Origin: an uncultured Gammaproteobacteria bacterium
GTDB lineage: Bacteria; Pseudomonadota; Gammaproteobacteria; SURF-13
Length of the DNA stretch: 43,568 nt
Reading direction: 5' to 3'
NCBI GenBank assembly: GCA_964442865.1
Contig: CAYUAZ010000001.1
Coordinates: 1-43,568, forward strand
A model generated the notes under the pieces. That model was not told where the DNA came from. It saw nothing but the letters and a program-made list of their open reading frames with translations, and searched no databases. Within the stretch, counting starts at the first letter, position 1; the number at the start of each line of letters is the position of its first letter. Position numbers and translations under genes: made by a program. This document shows, one piece after another, positions 1 through 8,361 of the stretch.

Positions 1-92
1 GCAGCGCAATAAATTCGTTCGCCTTATTGACGAGGGTCGGCTAATGGGTGACCCCCCTCATCCATCATCCTGCTCATCCTGCATCCTGTGGG

Positions 93-473
93 TTAATTGG
101 TTGCGGAGGTGTGACGGTGCAGCATGGCAATGAGTTCGGCCTCGCCGCGGGCCAGGCCGCAGGTGGATATCAGCTCTTCGACATCGGCGCCTTTGTGGGC
201 GAGTTTGATGGCGGGTTCGTAAGTCTGGGTGATGGGATCGCGCAGGTCCAGGTGATCCTGACGTTCGCTCAGGTGGGTGATGCGGTCTTCGCTTTGGGTG
301 AGGCGCGGCCAGACTGCGCTCATCTCGCCCTTCAAGGCGGCCAGCTCTTGTTGCAGTCTGCTGAATTCCTGTTTGCCGATTAGCTCACGGGCGTTGGCGC
401 GCCACAGCAGCACGCACATCACCAGGGTGAGCAGGCCACTGCATACTACGGCGCTTAGATACAGAATGTTCAT
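93..473 (-). CDS. DUF2802-like flagellar-cluster protein (N-terminal TM helix plus helical region)
   Basis: 126-aa ORF with hydrophobic N-terminus MNILYLSAVVCSGLLTLVMCVLLW followed by a charged helical segment. It is the last gene of the che/mot operon after cheW, where DUF2802 proteins sit in Pseudomonas-type clusters (recollection, not searched). Confidence 0.6.
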   Translation of the reverse strand: MNILYLSAVVCSGLLTLVMCVLLWRANARELIGKQEFSRLQQELAALKGEMSAVWPRLTQSEDRITHLSERQDHLDLRDPITQTYEPAIKLAHKGADVEELISTCGLARGEAELIAMLHRHTSATN

Positions 474-499
474 GTACGTTACCTCGTGTTCAGCAACGA

Positions 500-661
500 T
501 TAAGCATATTCATCTATGTGCGGATCTTTGTCTTCGCCGGATTGCGGTTCGGGCTTTTTTTGCTGCGGGTTTTTACGCGGCGGGTTGCGCTCGGCCAGCG
601 GCTCGCGCTTTCGGATCGGCACGATGGAGTGCAGCGGGGTCACATCCCTTACATCTACCAT
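500..661 (-). CDS. Small hypothetical protein, 53 aa, below the ORF-track cutoff
   Basis: Hand translation of the minus strand gives MVDVRDVTPLHSIVPIRKREPLAERNPPRKNPQQKKPEPQSGEDKDPHIDEYA*. The ATG at 661 is preceded by GGAGGA with a 7-nt spacer. It fills the otherwise empty 210-bp gap between cheW (ends 684) and the DUF2802 gene (starts 473). Confidence 0.5.
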   Translation of the reverse strand: MVDVRDVTPLHSIVPIRKREPLAERNPPRKNPQQKKPEPQSGEDKDPHIDEYA

Positions 662-683
662 GGCGTAATCCTCCGGCGTCAGG

Positions 684-1160
684 TTATAACGCCTGCATCT
701 CCTTCAACTCATCGGCGGAGAGCAGCTTGCTGAGGTCCACCAGGATGAGCAACTCTCCTTCCCGGCTGGATACGCCTTGAATGAATCGGGAGCTATCGTC
801 GTTGCCGACATTGGGGGCGGTCTCGATCTCCGACATGCGCACGTCCACTACCTCGGCGACGGCGTCTACCAGCATGCCGATCACTTGCTGTTCGATTTCG
901 GTGATGACGATGCGGGTGGAGTCATCCACGTCGCGCGGCTCCAGACCGAAGCGCTTGCGGGTGTCTATGACTGTGACCACGTTACCGCGCAGGTTGATAA
1001 TGCCCAAAACATAGTCCGGCGCGCCGGGTACCGGTGCGATCTCGGTCATGCGCAGCACTTCCTGCACCTGCATGACATTGACCCCGTAGGTTTCGTTGTC
1101 CAGACGGAAGGTCACCCACTGTAATAGCGGGTCCTCAGTTCTCATGGCGGCATGGCTCAT
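684..1160 (-). CDS. cheW: Chemotaxis coupling protein CheW
   Basis: 158 aa, single CheW domain (LQWVTFRLDNETYGVNVMQVQEVL...GIINLRGNVVTVIDTRKRFGL). Confidence 0.93.
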   Translation of the reverse strand: MSHAAMRTEDPLLQWVTFRLDNETYGVNVMQVQEVLRMTEIAPVPGAPDYVLGIINLRGNVVTVIDTRKRFGLEPRDVDDSTRIVITEIEQQVIGMLVDAVAEVVDVRMSEIETAPNVGNDDSSRFIQGVSSREGELLILVDLSKLLSADELKEMQAL

Positions 1161-1183
1161 ACGTTATCCTCATATTAAATTAC

Positions 1184-1211
1184 TAATCGGCCTTACTATG
1201 ACTGAAAATTA
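1184..1211 (-). promoter_or_regulatory. Candidate sigma28 (FliA) promoter upstream of cheW
   Basis: The minus strand reads TAATTTTC-N12-GCCGATTA, against the consensus TAAAGTTT-N11-GCCGATAA. The -10 ends 24 nt before the cheW ATG. Motif match by eye only. Confidence 0.3.
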
Positions 1212-1237
1212 AGCATTATCCGTGCCAAAAACCACTT

Positions 1238-1885
1238 TTAATGGCCTGATTGAGCCTCCCTGGTGGCCAGCAGGGTGGCCAGTTCGTCGGCGTCCAGCAG
1301 GGCGCACATACGGTCTTTTACTATGCCGGCGAGCCAGGGGCGTATGCCTAGTGCAGTGCGCCAGCGCACCTGATGCGGATGTAAGGTCACCACCTCCGAG
1401 ACCGCTTCGCAGGTCAGCCCCCATTCGCTGTCAGCGATCAACACGATGTAACGCTGTTCCATTTGGGATATTTGCTTGGACATGACGATCTGTGCCGTGT
1501 CCATGACCTTGACGTGTCGGCCGAGATGGGGCAACAGACCCAGGAACGAGGGGCTGTGGCCGGGCATGGGGGTGATAGAGGAAGACCAGGGCGTGATCCC
1601 GTTCAACTTGGCAAGCGGTATGCCCAGGGTGAGGCCCGCAGTCTTGAACAGGAGACACTGAAACGGGGCTTGCGCCCAGCCCGGCGTGCCTTCTATGAGA
1701 ACTGTTGGTTCGGCATGAGCAACTTCGGGCTGTGGTTCAGGGGCGGGCGACGTCGCTGGTTCCGTTGGTTCAGGCATAGCGGGTGGCGCAGTGGCTGGCA
1801 GCTCGGGCCGTAACAGGGATTCCAGATACGCGGCAAGTGCGGCCTGGGGTTCTGCATACGTTTGCGTTGAAATTTCTTTCAGCAT
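1238..1885 (-). CDS. ParP-like CheW-domain protein (Pro-rich N-terminal linker plus C-terminal CheW-like domain)
   Basis: 215 aa. N-terminal Pro/Ala-rich region (PELPATAPPAMPEPTEPATSPAPEPQPE), then a CheW-like domain. It sits immediately downstream of the ParA-like ATPase, as ParC/ParP do in Vibrio and the PA1462/PA1463 pair does in Pseudomonas. Confidence 0.75.
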   Translation of the reverse strand: MLKEISTQTYAEPQAALAAYLESLLRPELPATAPPAMPEPTEPATSPAPEPQPEVAHAEPTVLIEGTPGWAQAPFQCLLFKTAGLTLGIPLAKLNGITPWSSSITPMPGHSPSFLGLLPHLGRHVKVMDTAQIVMSKQISQMEQRYIVLIADSEWGLTCEAVSEVVTLHPHQVRWRTALGIRPWLAGIVKDRMCALLDADELATLLATREAQSGH

Positions 1886-2685
1886 GATGCAGCCACCACT
1901 TGTTGGTTTGCGGGGGACTCGCCCTGCAAAGTGTCCAATAACGCTGCGTAAGCGATCGAACCGCGCGCCTGGGGATTGCTCAAGGACAGCGGCGCACCGG
2001 TGCGGCTCGCCTCCCTAAACTGGGTGTCCACCGGAATCTCGGATATCCAGGTCTCGCGGTACTTCTGCCGCAGCAGGTTAAGGCTTTCCACGCCGGCACG
2101 GGTGCGGCGGTCGAACAGTGTCGGCACGATGGTGTAGACCAAGGGCAGCTTGCGCGCGCGGGTAATCATGGCGAGGGTATGCAGCATGCGCTCCAGTCCC
2201 TTGAGCGCGAGAAATTCGGTCTGTACCGGGATCAGCAGATGCTCGCAGGCAGCGAGCGCATTGACCATCAACACGCCCAGCATGGGCGGGCAATCCAGCA
2301 GCGCATAATCAAATTCGTTCTGCACTTCCGCGAGAGCGCGCGCGACAATGAGGCCCATGCCGTCCTGACCGCTAAGTTGCCGGTCGAGGGTAGCTAGGGC
2401 GGTGCTGGCGGGAAGGACGCTGATACGGTTGAAGCGGGTCGGACGGATCGCCTGCGCGATGCGCTGTTTGTTCAAACCCGCCGCATCTTTATATTGAAAC
2501 AGGGTGTACAGACTCGTCTCGACGGCGTCAGGGTCGTGACCGAAATAGCTGCTGAGCGAACCGTGCGGGTCCATATCCACCAGCAACGTGGCGTAGCCGC
2601 GCGCGGCCAACAGGCCGGCCAGGCTGATGGCGGTAGTGGTCTTGCCTACCCCGCCCTTTTGGTTGGCGACTGCCCAGATTTTCAT
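1879..2685 (-). CDS. ParA/MinD-family ATPase of the chemotaxis cluster (ParC-like)
   Basis: 268 aa with deviant Walker A (MKIWAVANQKGGVGKTTTAISLA). Its ATG overlaps the motD stop as ATGA. Confidence 0.85.
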   Translation of the reverse strand: MKIWAVANQKGGVGKTTTAISLAGLLAARGYATLLVDMDPHGSLSSYFGHDPDAVETSLYTLFQYKDAAGLNKQRIAQAIRPTRFNRISVLPASTALATLDRQLSGQDGMGLIVARALAEVQNEFDYALLDCPPMLGVLMVNALAACEHLLIPVQTEFLALKGLERMLHTLAMITRARKLPLVYTIVPTLFDRRTRAGVESLNLLRQKYRETWISEIPVDTQFREASRTGAPLSLSNPQARGSIAYAALLDTLQGESPANQQVVAASC

Positions 2686-4415
2686 TTTCCCGCCCCTGGC
2701 GCGGGGGCGTTTGACGCGCCCGGTTTAGTGGTGCCGATGGTCATCGGCGGCCTGACCAGGCTGCCGCCAAAGGGCAGTTGTATCGGCGGGGCGATCTGCT
2801 GCGGGAAGCCCGGCCTTACTGATTGAGGCGCGCGGCTGAATTCTACCGGCGCGCGCGGGGCCACCGGCTGCACCGGCGGGGCAGTCTTGACCGGCGGGGC
2901 GGGCGGCGCCACAGGCGGCGCAGGTATATTAACCAGGGTGCGGCTGTCCTGCGCATCCGCATTCTGCGATGGCGCGGGAGTCTGGGGCGGCGCAGCAGGT
3001 AGCGTCGGCGCTGTGCTGGGCGCGACAGCGGGTAGTTCCTGGCGATGCTGGCCGAATGAATTCGGCCCTACAGGCGCCGGGCTGGTTTGCGCAGGTAAAC
3101 GAATGGGTGACAAAGGCGCCACAGGGTGAACCGGCGGGGCAGCGCTGATCGGTGCCAGCGGCCGCGCTATGGGGACAATGGGCGCTATGGGCGTCAAGGG
3201 TGCCGACGGTTGTGTCCGCACGGGCAGGCTGACGGATGGCTTTACTACCGGCGTGGAGTTCGTCTGCACCTGCTTTTCACTATAAGAGATCGAGGGCTTC
3301 AGCAACTCCGGCGACGGCGCGGAGGCTCCGGCCGGCTCGCCGAGTTTGAGCCAACCCGGCAATTCAACAGGTGGCGCAGCAGGCACTGGCGTGGCCTTGT
3401 TCATCATAAGCAATGACGCTGCTGCAGCGGCGGGCGCAGCGGTCTCGCCGGTGGAAGGTGACGGACTGGCAGGCGCTTGTTCAGGCTGGTTTGCGGCCTG
3501 TACCGGTTTGGGTTCGGGTTTGAATTCTTGCAGATCCGGCGCCTGCTCCGGTTCGGCCAGTATGGCCAGTATCACGCGGCGGTTTTTGCTGCGGCTCTCC
3601 GCGGTGTCATTGTCGGTAACCGGTTGATATTCGCCATAGCCTATCGCGGCCATGCGCTCGGGGCGCACGCCGCTATCGGCGAACAGGTGCACGACGCTCG
3701 CGGCGCGCGCGGCGGAGAGTTCCCAGTTGGAGGGAAAAACAAAGCTGCGGATCGGGTCGTTGTCGGTATAGCCGGACACCTCGATGGGGTTGGAGAACGG
3801 CGCGAGGATCGCGGCGATGCGTTCCAGAATCGGTACCGCCTCCGCTTGCACGCGCGCGCTGCCGCTGCCAAACAGGATGCTGGCCTTGAGTTCGATCTCC
3901 ACGCGCTGCGGTGCGCTGCGCACCTCGATGAGTTTGCTCTCCGCAAGCTGGCCGAGCGCCTCCTTGATCCGCGCGGCGATCTCCTGCATCGGCGCCACGG
4001 TTTCGCCCTGATGCGCCGACGCCTGTGGCTGTGCCGCACCTCGCGGCGCGGTCTCCTTGCCCTGCGAGTCGGGCAAGGGCTTGCGGCCCTGATGGGTGTC
4101 GGGCGGGAACGGCGAAAGCGGGCGCGGCAGCGGCGGGCGCGGCGGCTGGATCACGGCCGGCTTGTCGCGCACGTTGGGACTGGGTGAGGCCGGTGACTTG
4201 GAGGGCTCGCCGACCTGGATCGGCTCCAGGGTCTTGGGGGCGGAACGGAACGCCGCCACCAGGGCGTCGGAGAGCACGCGGTATTTGCCCTGGTTCACCG
4301 ACGAAATGGCGTACATCACCACAAAAAAGGCGAACAGCAGCGTGATGAAATCGGCGTAGGACACCAGCCACCGTTCATGGTTGACGTGCTCTTCATGTTT
4401 TTGTTTGCGGGCCAT
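2682..4415 (-). CDS. motD: Flagellar stator protein MotD/MotB-like with a long Pro/Ala-rich C-terminal extension
   Basis: The N-terminus carries the MotB-type TM/plug with the conserved Asp (WLVSYADFITLLFAFFVVMYA). An OmpA-like peptidoglycan-binding domain follows (GYTDNDPIRS...NWELSAARAASVV...NRRVILAIL) up to about residue 290. A further ~287 residues of P/A/V/S-rich sequence run to an ATGA-coupled stop. Confidence 0.85.
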   Translation of the reverse strand: MARKQKHEEHVNHERWLVSYADFITLLFAFFVVMYAISSVNQGKYRVLSDALVAAFRSAPKTLEPIQVGEPSKSPASPSPNVRDKPAVIQPPRPPLPRPLSPFPPDTHQGRKPLPDSQGKETAPRGAAQPQASAHQGETVAPMQEIAARIKEALGQLAESKLIEVRSAPQRVEIELKASILFGSGSARVQAEAVPILERIAAILAPFSNPIEVSGYTDNDPIRSFVFPSNWELSAARAASVVHLFADSGVRPERMAAIGYGEYQPVTDNDTAESRSKNRRVILAILAEPEQAPDLQEFKPEPKPVQAANQPEQAPASPSPSTGETAAPAAAAASLLMMNKATPVPAAPPVELPGWLKLGEPAGASAPSPELLKPSISYSEKQVQTNSTPVVKPSVSLPVRTQPSAPLTPIAPIVPIARPLAPISAAPPVHPVAPLSPIRLPAQTSPAPVGPNSFGQHRQELPAVAPSTAPTLPAAPPQTPAPSQNADAQDSRTLVNIPAPPVAPPAPPVKTAPPVQPVAPRAPVEFSRAPQSVRPGFPQQIAPPIQLPFGGSLVRPPMTIGTTKPGASNAPAPGAGK

Positions 4416-4424
4416 AATAAATAA

Positions 4425-4477
4425 GTAGGGCCGAATTCATTCGGCCTTCGGTACAGTGCGAATGAATTCGCACCTAC
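4425..4477. repeat. REP-like nested palindromic element between motD and motC
   Basis: gtagg-GCCGAATTCATTCGGCC-ttcggtacagt-GCGAATGAATTCGC-a-cctac: two hairpins with cgaa/ttcg stems inside an outer gtagg/cctac stem. Its first 22 nt recur, reverse-complemented, at 3050-3071. Confidence 0.55.
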
Positions 4478-4479
4478 AG

Positions 4480-5220
4480 TTAATGCATATACCCCTGCAG
4501 CTTGGTCTCGATGTTACGCGGGTTATCACCTTGGGCGATTGAGATCACGCCTTCCATAATCATGGTGCGAAATTGGGTCTGATTCTGAATCAAGCTCTTT
4601 AACTTGCCCGCGAAGGGTAGAAAAAAAAGATTGGCGAGGGCCACGCCGTAGATGGTCGCCACGAACGCCACCGCGATACCGCTACCCAAGGCGGAAGGGT
4701 CCGAGAGGTTACCCATAACATGGATCAAGCCCATCACTGCGCCGATAATGCCTATGGTGGGGCTGTAACCACCCATGGCCTCGAACACCTTGGCGCCCTG
4801 GTTGTCGTGATGCTCTTTGGCCTCCAGCTCCACATCCAGGATGCTGCGTATCACCTCCGGTTCACTGCCGTCCACCAATAACTGCAAGCCCTTGCGCGCA
4901 AACAGGTCGGGCTCGGCCTCGGTCACCGCCTCCAAACCCAGCAGACCTTCCTTGCGTGCGATATTGCTCCAGTTGACGATCTTCTCGACGGCCTCGTGCG
5001 GGGCCAGCTTGGGGGGCATAAATACCCACTTGGCGATCTTGAAGGCGTGGATAAACACCGGCAGCGGCGTCTGTAGCATGACCGCGCCCAAGGTACCACC
5101 TACCACGATGAGCACGGCAGTGGCGTTCATGATGCTGCCGATGTGCCCGCCATCGAGCACCTGGCCGCCGAGGATGGCGCCGAACGCCAGCACCAGTCCA
5201 GCTATACTGAGGATGTCCAT
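4480..5220 (-). CDS. motC: Flagellar stator protein MotC/MotA(PomA)-like
   Basis: 246 aa, four predicted TM segments and MotA/ExbB-type C-terminal half (GGYSPTIGIIGAVMGLIHVM...[22 protein letters not shown]). Confidence 0.9.
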   Translation of the reverse strand: MDILSIAGLVLAFGAILGGQVLDGGHIGSIMNATAVLIVVGGTLGAVMLQTPLPVFIHAFKIAKWVFMPPKLAPHEAVEKIVNWSNIARKEGLLGLEAVTEAEPDLFARKGLQLLVDGSEPEVIRSILDVELEAKEHHDNQGAKVFEAMGGYSPTIGIIGAVMGLIHVMGNLSDPSALGSGIAVAFVATIYGVALANLFFLPFAGKLKSLIQNQTQFRTMIMEGVISIAQGDNPRNIETKLQGYMH

Positions 5221-5223
5221 GCA

Positions 5224-6285
5224 TCAGTTCCGCTTGGCGAGATTCACACCGATCTCGGACAGCGGCAACACCTGATCGGCGAGACCCGCCTCCACCACTG
5301 CCATCGGCATGCCATAAATCACACAGCTTTGTTCGTCTTGCGCCCAGATGGTCGCACCGCCTTGCTTAAGCAGCCGCGAACCTTCGCGTCCATCGGCGCC
5401 CATGCCGGTGAGGATGATGCCCAGCACCTGGCCGGGCATGGCGCGCGCGAGCGAGCTGAACGTCGTGTCTACCGAGGGTTTGTAGGTTTGCCCGGGTTCA
5501 CTGTCCTGGATGCGCACCACCGCAACTCCGCCGCGTTGTTCTATCACCATCTGCCGTCCACCCGGCGCCAGCAGCGCGGTGCCGGGTTGCAACGGCTCGC
5601 CGTCCACCGCCTCCTTCACGGTGATGGCGCACAATTGATTGAGACGTTGCGCGAAGCTAGGGGTAAAACTGGCGGGCATGTGCTGCACCAGCAACAAAGG
5701 CATGGGAAAATCCGCCGGCAGTTTGGTGAGCACCTGCTGCAAGGCGACTGGCCCTCCCGTGGAGGTGCCGATAGCGACCAGTTTGTAATTCACCTTGCCC
5801 GCGGCGCGCCCGGACGCGATGACCGGGGTGCCGTTGACCGGCTTGCTTGGCGCGGGACGCGCAGCAACAGAGGCAGAACTTCTCAGGCCGCGCTGGCCGA
5901 GCGCGCGCACGCGCTGACAGAGGAGTTGCTTCGCCTCGTTGCGATCCTGCGAAATATCCTCGAAACGCTTCGGCAGAAAATCCACCGCGCCGGCCTCCAG
6001 GGCCTCCAGGGTGGCCTGCGCACCTTCATGGGTCAACGAGGAAAACATCAACACCGGCGTAGGGCGCATGCTCATGATCTTGCGCACGGCGCTGATGCCG
6101 TCCAGCACCGGCATTTCGATATCCATGGTCACCACATCGGGCTTGAGCTCGATGACCTTGTCCACGCCTTCCTGCCCGTTGCTTGCCGAACCGATCACCT
6201 GAATCTCGGGATCGGCATTCAACATTTCGGTGACGCGGCGGCGGAAAAATCCGGAATCGTCTACGACTACTACGCGCACGGGCAT
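5224..6285 (-). CDS. cheB: Chemotaxis response regulator protein-glutamate methylesterase CheB
   Basis: 353 aa with an N-terminal receiver ([14 protein letters not shown]...[14 protein letters not shown]) and a C-terminal methylesterase domain ([23 protein letters not shown]). Confidence 0.95.
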   Translation of the reverse strand: MPVRVVVVDDSGFFRRRVTEMLNADPEIQVIGSASNGQEGVDKVIELKPDVVTMDIEMPVLDGISAVRKIMSMRPTPVLMFSSLTHEGAQATLEALEAGAVDFLPKRFEDISQDRNEAKQLLCQRVRALGQRGLRSSASVAARPAPSKPVNGTPVIASGRAAGKVNYKLVAIGTSTGGPVALQQVLTKLPADFPMPLLLVQHMPASFTPSFAQRLNQLCAITVKEAVDGEPLQPGTALLAPGGRQMVIEQRGGVAVVRIQDSEPGQTYKPSVDTTFSSLARAMPGQVLGIILTGMGADGREGSRLLKQGGATIWAQDEQSCVIYGMPMAVVEAGLADQVLPLSEIGVNLAKRN

Positions 6286-6303
6286 TACATTACTCCTTGG
6301 TTG

Positions 6304-8346
6304 TCACGCCGCCCGTCGGGCGTAAGTCTTCATCATGCCCGGCACATCCAGGATGAGCGCGATACGACCGTCGCCGGTAATGGTGGCGCCGGCGATGCCT
6401 TGTGTACCGTGCAGCAATGCACCCAGCGGCTTGATGACGACCTCTTCCTGGCCGATCAATTGATCCACCACAAAGCCGAGGCGCTGAATGCCGAAATGCA
6501 CTATCACCACGTGGCCGTTTTCCGGTGGGGCCTCGTACGCCCCGCCTGCCACCAGCCACTGGCGCAGATAAAACAACGGGTAGGGCTTGTCGCGCACCAT
6601 CACGGTCAACTGGCCGTCTATGACATTGGTGCGCTTCAAGTCGAGATTAAATATTTCACTGACGCTCACCAACGGCAGCGCGAAGGTCTGCCCCCCGAGC
6701 ACTACCATCAGGGTCGGAATGATCGCCAGAGTGAGGGGCACCTTGATGATGAGACGGCTGCCCTTGCCCGGCGTCGAATCTATCTCGACCACACCGTTGA
6801 GCTGCGAGATGCGGGTCTTGACGACATCCATGCCCACGCCGCGCCCGGAGACATCGGAGATCTCGGACTTGGTCGAGAAGCCCGGCATAAAGATGAGGTT
6901 AAAGCATTCACGGTGATCCAGACGCGCAGCGGCGTCGGTATCCATCAGCCCTTTCTCCACCACCTTGCGGCGCAACAGTTCCGGGTCCATGCCCGCGCCA
7001 TCGTCGGAGATAGTCAGTAATATGTGGTCGCCCTCCTGTTCGGCGGCGAGTATCACCGTACCGGTGCGCGGCTTACCCTTGGCGGCACGCACGTCCGGCA
7101 TCTCGATACCGTGATCCACGGCATTGCGCACCAGGTGTACCAGCGGATCGGCCAGGGCCTCAACCAGATTTTTGTCGAGATCGGTCTCCTCGCCCAACAG
7201 TTCCAGATTGACCTCTTTGTTCAGGCTGCGAGCGAGGTCACGCACCACGCGCGGGAAGCGGCCAAATACTTTTTTGATGGGCTGCATGCGGGTCTTCATC
7301 ACCGCGATTTGCAGATTGGCCGTCACCACATCCAGATTGGAAACCGCCTTGGTCATTTCCTCGTTGGCGAAGCCCGTCTCCAGCGTGACCAGACGGTTGC
7401 GCACCAGCACCAGTTCACCCACCATGTTCATGATGTCGTCTATGCGCTTGGTGTCCACCCGCACCGTGGTCTCGGCTGCGGGCGCCGCCATTTCCTGGGC
7501 ATCGGGTTTGGCTGCGCGCGCGGGGGCGGGTTTTGCTTCGAGCTTTACCGGCGGTTCTGCGGCGGCGGGTTTTTTCTCTTGCCCGCCTTTCTTGGCAGGG
7601 CCGTGCAGTTGATCCAGCAAGGCATCGAATTCACTGTCGGTGATCAGATCGGGTTCAGGCTTGGTGGCCTTTGCGGCAGGCGTCGCTGCCGGCTGGGACT
7701 TGGTGGAACTGACTGCGGCTACAGGAGCAGGCGCCTCGCCACTGTGCGCTCCGGGGCTGTGCAATTGATCCAGCAGGGCCTCGAATTCCGCGTCGGTGAT
7801 CTCATCATTCGCTGCAGAAACCACAGCGGGCGCAGAGGGTTTCTGTCCGCCCAGCGCACCGAGCAGCTTGTCGAACTCCGCATCCGTTGCGTCACCGCCC
7901 GGGGCTTGCGGCTGCTCGTGCTTGGCCAATGCGACGTCCGCCTTAGCGGTATCTTGAGCCTGTTCGACTACTGAGAGTTTATCAAGCTGATCGAGGATGG
8001 CGGGGTCGGCGTGCTCCGGATCTTCGCCGGCCAGCAGCGACGCGAACATGCGATTCAACGCATCCAGCACCTCCAGCATCACGTCCATGAGCTGCGCGTC
8101 CACCTGCCTCTGTCCTTGACGCAGGATGTTAAACACGTCCTCGGCGCGATGGCACACTTCGACCAGCGGTACGAGGCTCAGAAAACTGGCGCCGCCCTTG
8201 ATGGTGTGAAAACCGCGAAACACGGCATTGAGCAAATCCTTGTCATCGGGACGCGACTCCAGATCCACGAGCTGTTCTCCCAGTTTTTCCAGGATCTCGC
8301 CGGCCTCGACCAGAAAGTCTTGCAGGATCTCGTTATCGTCATTCAT
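6304..8346 (-). CDS. cheA: Chemotaxis histidine kinase CheA
   Basis: 680 aa. P1 Hpt with FRGFHTIKGGA, dimerisation/kinase core (HLVRNAVDHGIE, DDGAGMD, GRGVGMDVV) and a C-terminal CheW-like P5. The 135-295 linker is low-complexity and contains three TD(A/S)EF(D/E)xLL motifs. Confidence 0.95.
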   Translation of the reverse strand: MNDDNEILQDFLVEAGEILEKLGEQLVDLESRPDDKDLLNAVFRGFHTIKGGASFLSLVPLVEVCHRAEDVFNILRQGQRQVDAQLMDVMLEVLDALNRMFASLLAGEDPEHADPAILDQLDKLSVVEQAQDTAKADVALAKHEQPQAPGGDATDAEFDKLLGALGGQKPSAPAVVSAANDEITDAEFEALLDQLHSPGAHSGEAPAPVAAVSSTKSQPAATPAAKATKPEPDLITDSEFDALLDQLHGPAKKGGQEKKPAAAEPPVKLEAKPAPARAAKPDAQEMAAPAAETTVRVDTKRIDDIMNMVGELVLVRNRLVTLETGFANEEMTKAVSNLDVVTANLQIAVMKTRMQPIKKVFGRFPRVVRDLARSLNKEVNLELLGEETDLDKNLVEALADPLVHLVRNAVDHGIEMPDVRAAKGKPRTGTVILAAEQEGDHILLTISDDGAGMDPELLRRKVVEKGLMDTDAAARLDHRECFNLIFMPGFSTKSEISDVSGRGVGMDVVKTRISQLNGVVEIDSTPGKGSRLIIKVPLTLAIIPTLMVVLGGQTFALPLVSVSEIFNLDLKRTNVIDGQLTVMVRDKPYPLFYLRQWLVAGGAYEAPPENGHVVIVHFGIQRLGFVVDQLIGQEEVVIKPLGALLHGTQGIAGATITGDGRIALILDVPGMMKTYARRAA

Positions 8347-8361
8347 TGCAAACTCCCGGCA

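Noticed and set aside
1212-1227. Sigma54-like motif TGGCACGGATAATGCT on the minus strand upstream of cheW
   Set aside because: GG/GC spacing is right, but the -12 region is ATGC rather than TTGC. The motif lies only ~50 nt from the ATG and overlaps a better-fitting sigma28-type -35/-10 arrangement. cheW-type late genes are normally FliA-dependent. Kept only as a low-probability alternative.
5143-7020. 625-aa plus-strand ORF, the longest unassigned ORF in the track
   Set aside because: It lies entirely antisense to cheB and cheA, which have unmistakable domain motifs. Its composition (R/H/G/A/L-rich, no recognisable motif) is typical of stop-poor antisense frames in GC-rich DNA.
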